A stretch of DNA of 63,646 bases, the filler included, from Craspedostauros australis (lineage: Eukaryota): the NCBI GenBank assembly GCA_030167865.1. It is 9 parts of 9 records of this genome, joined end to end, with 100 filler letters (N's around TTAATTAATTAA, not from the genome) between each part and the next. Parts side by side here need not be neighbours in the genome. Positions count along the whole stretch, not along the records: positions 59,583 to 61,506 come from JALAGF010002817.1; positions 61,607 to 63,646 come from JALAGF010002819.1; 7 more parts are not named here. One strand, written 5' to 3'. Shown here in pieces: positions 59,699 through 63,646 of the stretch. A program made the position numbers and the translations under genes. The notes under the pieces are model-generated. The model was not told the origin of the DNA and did not search any database. It saw only the letters and a program-made list of their open reading frames with translations. Positions within the stretch are counted from its first letter, which is position 1, and each line of letters starts with the position of its first letter.

Positions 59699-61378
59699 CT
59701 ACTCCTGGCCGGCAAGCACAAAATCCTGGAAGAGAATTTGGGCCGTGCGGTCGAAAGCCTCGCCATCACCGTCGCTGGTGCCGTCAGAGCCGTATTCCTC
59801 ACGCACCATCTTGACGGCCCGTGCAACCGTGCGCGAACGGTCACGGGAGTAGGCCTCCTTGTACGCCGCCAGGACCTTCTTGGCCAGGTCAGGCTTCTCC
59901 TCGCGAAGCTCAGCGAACGCGAGGTCGCGCGCCCATGGCAAGCATGTCCCAGAACGGTGCCCTGGCCGGCGGCAGGCCTCGCAGAACGCGTCCTTGTCTG
60001 GCTGGTAGAAAGCCGACTTCTTGCGCTCCTCACGACGGCCGCCACCTCGGTTGTCACGCGTGAAGGACCAAGTCTGCGCGCGATGCCCAATAGGCTTGAC
60101 AGGCGCAGTGGGGTCCCCACGGATGGTGCGAGCCAAAGTTGACACGTGGAGATGAGGTGGAACTCGACGAGCGCCAGGCACCAGTTCAAGAGACGTCAGG
60201 TGGTGCTCGACAGGCACGCCTTGCGAGCGGAGCCCTTCAAGGAACCGACGAGTGAGTTCCACGTCAGTGACCACACGCTGGTGTACAACTCCCTCTGTCT
60301 GTTGGAACTCGAGGAGAGCGTTGGCGTACTGGACAACGTCGTTGAAGTCGCCGTACACTGGCGCTTGGCTCACAGCGTTCTTGACCCGCATGTACGCATC
60401 CGACAGGAGCTGGTGTAAGAACACGAAGGACGAGAGCCGATGAGGCAAGATCCCGAAGCTCCCAGCGTAGAACATGCTGAGGGATGGATGACCCAGGTCG
60501 AGCACACCAGATTGCTGTAGCTTCTGCTCAAGCAACCGACCAGTGCGGAAGACTTGTGCTCTCGACGCGCCTTTCGGAATGACCGAGCAGGCGGGGTTGA
60601 AAGCCGAGAGAGGGCAGACGTGCGCCTCAACGTTGGCAGCCTCACTCTGGAGCTGCGTGTACCACTTGAGGACGCTGGTGGGATCGTCCACCTCAAGCTT
60701 GACCTCCCAGCGCTGCCAGAAGCCGAGCGAATCACGGTCAGGCTCGACGGGCGACTGCACAGCAACGTAGTGAAAGTGCTGGAGTACGGCGGGGTTGTTC
60801 TTTGCCATGGAGTAGGAAAGGCCTGAATCGGTGATGTAGTCAGCGGCCTCTGCGCCGTCCTCGCCAACCTGGAACGGACTGTCGGTGGTACCGGTGCCAG
60901 CCTGGAAGTCGTGAGCAGGGGCAATACCCTGATCAACACGCGGGGTCTCCACGCTGGGAGTGTCACCCGTAGGGCCAGGGTGTTCAGTGACATCTTCGCT
61001 TGCGCCCGTGCGCGCAGTAGGCTTGCTGTCAGCAACGCCCGCAGTATCCGGAGGCAAAGCGGGGTCTTTGGGAACGGGGGTAGCGAACTTGCGAATGTCG
61101 CTGCGCGTGAGAGTGGGAAACCACTCGTCGTAGTCTGGATGCGCCAAGGCGTAGGCGCGGAGCCGCTGCATCCCGAAGCGCCTGGTGGATGACCCCTGCT
61201 TCCAAGCATCAAAGAGCTGGTCGAAGTAAGCATCGGGGGCGTCAAGGAAATCGTAGAATTCACCGTCAGTGTTGACTCGTGTCTGTTTCGAGAAATCATC
61301 GAGCCATTGCCAGTTGAATCGGTCAAAAAGGGCACGAGTGACCTTTAAGTGATCGACTTGTTCAGTGGTGTCAGCCAT
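59699..61378 (-). mobile_element. LTR-retrotransposon gag-like ORF (559 aa) with CCHC zinc knuckle
   Basis: Intact ORF; CEACRRPGHRSGTC (Cx2Cx4Hx4C) near the C-terminus; isolated contig. Confidence 0.7.
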
Positions 61379-62667
61379 GATGTCAACGAAAAAAAGAAAA
61401 GAGAGAACGCGGAAAGCGATCGAAGCGAGGAGCGAAGAGAGGAACGAGGAGCTGCGCCTGGATGGGTATTTCCTATTGCAGAGAGGGTGACGAAGTTTAT
61501 GTGGATNNNNNNNNNNNNNNNNNNNNNNNNNNNNNNNNNNNNNNNNNNNNTTAATTAATTAANNNNNNNNNNNNNNNNNNNNNNNNNNNNNNNNNNNNNN
61601 NNNNNNTCAACTCCCTTTCCAAGGAATCCAACCACAGCAATGTGGACATGGACATGGACGGTGAGGATCCAGCTTCCACCAAAGACCCAATGTCAATGCA
61701 CATCTCCACATCCACCAACCGCCTCATGAGCAGCAGTTCCGCTTCAGCCGGAGTGGTCTTGGACAAAAGTCAATCCACTCATTCCGCCATCCTCCTCAAC
61801 GATATCAACGATATCAACGATACCAACGAAGACATGCCAACCCAGCTCGTCTCGCGCACCAACTCCATCGAAACATCCATCACTCCCATGATGCCCACAA
61901 CTGTTCCGGCGCAAACCATCAATCAAGATCCACCAGTCAAACAGCTCACGCGAAAAGAATCCATCGGACCCCTCCAAGGGATCCAGCAAGCATCTCGATC
62001 CGAAGAACGTGATCGAACAGGACACCGGCAACACCACAAGCATGCATTCCGTTGACATTGAGGCGCAGACGGCCACCACCACAACGCCGACGCTGCAGGA
62101 ACCATCATCGAACAAGAGCAACATCATGGTCCCCGTCATCATCGTGGCTGTCCTCATCGTGGGTGGTGGCATCGCAGCAGGCGTTGTGCTGGCGGGCTGG
62201 ATCATCAGTTTTGTTTTGCAACTCTCGCTGCCGACGCCTCTGACTTTCGTTGACCGCAAATCAAGCATGCTGATCGCCGGAGATAGAGTATCCCAAATAG
62301 TAGTATCATATTATAGTATCATCGTGACTCTCTTTGCTTTGTTTGGTGTTGTTGGTTGACGCTGCCCAAGGCGGTTTCTCGTCATTGCAGATGCATCAGT
62401 TTTGTGGTCTTTGCAGCAACTCGCACGGGCATACACATGGGTGCTACATGCACAAACTCGATTCGCTTGCAGTCAGTGGAGTTGGATGAGAGAAGTTGTC
62501 CTACAGTTGTTTAAGGTGATACAGCATCGCATCAATCATCGACACACCTTTCTTTGCTTTGTGAACACCGAGCGCCAATCACAAGTTCCGTCGCTTTCAT
62601 TAGTGTGGCCAGTTGGCTGCCAATTTCATTGCGCTGGCAGAAGGCCCATGATCTTATCGCTGCGGCG

Positions 62668-63646
62668 CTATTTCTCCTGTCGTGTCTGATCATGATGTTG
62701 GGCAATACGACTACGATCGTCCCATGTCTGTTTCAACATGTCACTGCACTGCAGCAGAAGATGGAATATCTCGTTCGTGGAACCTATTGGACCCCAACGT
62801 TTGTTTGTTCTCATCAGCACCTTCCCAAACAGGGCCTGTGGCCGTGACCATGTCGGAAAGGAACGCAGCACTGCTCTCACCTTGTTGCGATAATTTCGCT
62901 GCAAGATACGTTCAACAAGTACATCGTACCAGTGGTCATGTTCGTTGGGAAGGCTTGGAGAAATGCGGAGATAGGTGAGTTGGGTAGTCTCCTCCAAGGC
63001 TTGCTCAAGTGCTTCCATTTGTGCTGAGAGGATCTCAGGCGAAACCTGAAACATTTTGGGATCACCATCAACAGAGTATGTGAGAGATGACAAGCTCTTG
63101 TTTCCCAGGAGCGATATCAATGCATCGAGCCTTGCATCGTGCTCTTGCGGCGGTCGCTCGAACCAATGATTGGAAACTTTGAGCTTCTTCAGGTGTGATG
63201 CATCTGAAAGGAGTTTGATGATCAGGTTGATGTCTTGTGACAAGGAGGTTTGTTGGGCGTCGCAGAGCCAAAGCCAATCGATGTTGAGCTTGTTGATGCG
63301 CTTGTTTGACTGGAATAGCTTTGCCAAGCTATCGCGAGTGATACGGGTGGCTGGAAAGGATACTTCGGTGACGCTGCAATTGTTTGGAGACAGCCATCGG
63401 CACAAATCAGCGCCCCAATTGGCAAGCTTGCAGGCGCTAAACTCAATCTGTTTCGAGTTTTGGGAGATGTTGAACATGAGGTTGTCGCAATCAACAAGAT
63501 CACATGAGTACAACTTCACACGATGTGTCACAAGAGGGATATCGTGGAGCTGCTTCGTCTTCACGAAACATTGAGTCAATTGGATGCCTTCGTCGAGTGA
63601 AGATTTGGGTGGATGTTCGGTAGCCAATCGAAGTACGAATCGAATC
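62668..63646 (-). CDS. RNI-like leucine-rich repeat protein, 5'-partial
   Basis: Frame is open to the window edge; INKLNI, LKKLKV, LSSLTY, LTYLRI repeats; ends ILQRN..W..LF..IFHLL as in expanded diatom LRR families. Confidence 0.65.
   Translation of the reverse strand, partial: IRFVLRLATEHPPKSSLDEGIQLTQCFVKTKQLHDIPLVTHRVKLYSCDLVDCDNLMFNISQNSKQIEFSACKLANWGADLCRWLSPNNCSVTEVSFPATRITRDSLAKLFQSNKRINKLNIDWLWLCDAQQTSLSQDINLIIKLLSDASHLKKLKVSNHWFERPPQEHDARLDALISLLGNKSLSSLTYSVDGDPKMFQVSPEILSAQMEALEQALEETTQLTYLRISPSLPNEHDHWYDVLVERILQRNYRNKVRAVLRSFPTWSRPQALFGKVLMRTNKRWGPIGSTNEIFHLLLQCSDMLKQTWDDRSRIAQHHDQTRQEK

Noticed and set aside
61430..61506. Possible PBS and LTR end upstream of gag
   Set aside because: Could not match it to a tRNA 3' end by eye, and the contig ends.
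61607..62359. Two overlapping ORFs with a hydrophobic segment
   Set aside because: Possibly a frameshifted or spliced gene fragment at a contig edge, but no family or consistent model is supportable.

Overview
Eukaryotic genomic DNA, very probably from a raphid pennate diatom. The evidence is short GT-AG introns, diatom-type RXL propeptide motifs, a DUF6824-like gene and diatom-type retrotransposon proteins. The window is not one contiguous sequence: about 9 contigs are joined by 100-bp N gaps carrying a TTAATTAATTAA linker. Bases 1-20.6 kb and 58-61.5 kb are TE-rich. They hold a decayed Ty1/copia pol, a second copia RNase H, a piggyBac-like fragment, two gag-like ORFs, a glycosyltransferase-like pseudogene and five whole or partial copies of a ~760-bp TG...CA non-coding element that makes 6-bp target-site duplications. 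Bases 20.7-58 kb are gene-dense: FtsH-like AAA, DUF6824, TLC-like membrane protein, PLGRKT-like, ZW10, cytochrome P450, trypsin, bacterial-type AhpC/TSA, lipoyl-domain protein, tRNA-binding OB protein, Thr/Cys-rich surface protein and a fucosyltransferase-like gene. The best leads are (1) a 3-exon gene fusing a lipoyl domain to a Kgd4/MRPS36-like module with no E2 catalytic domain; (2) the 6-bp-TSD element family that repeatedly lands in other TEs; (3) a candidate -1 frameshift signal at a gag end; and (4) a pair of mucin-like Cys-rich secreted paralogues. All family assignments come from motif recognition by eye; no searches were run.
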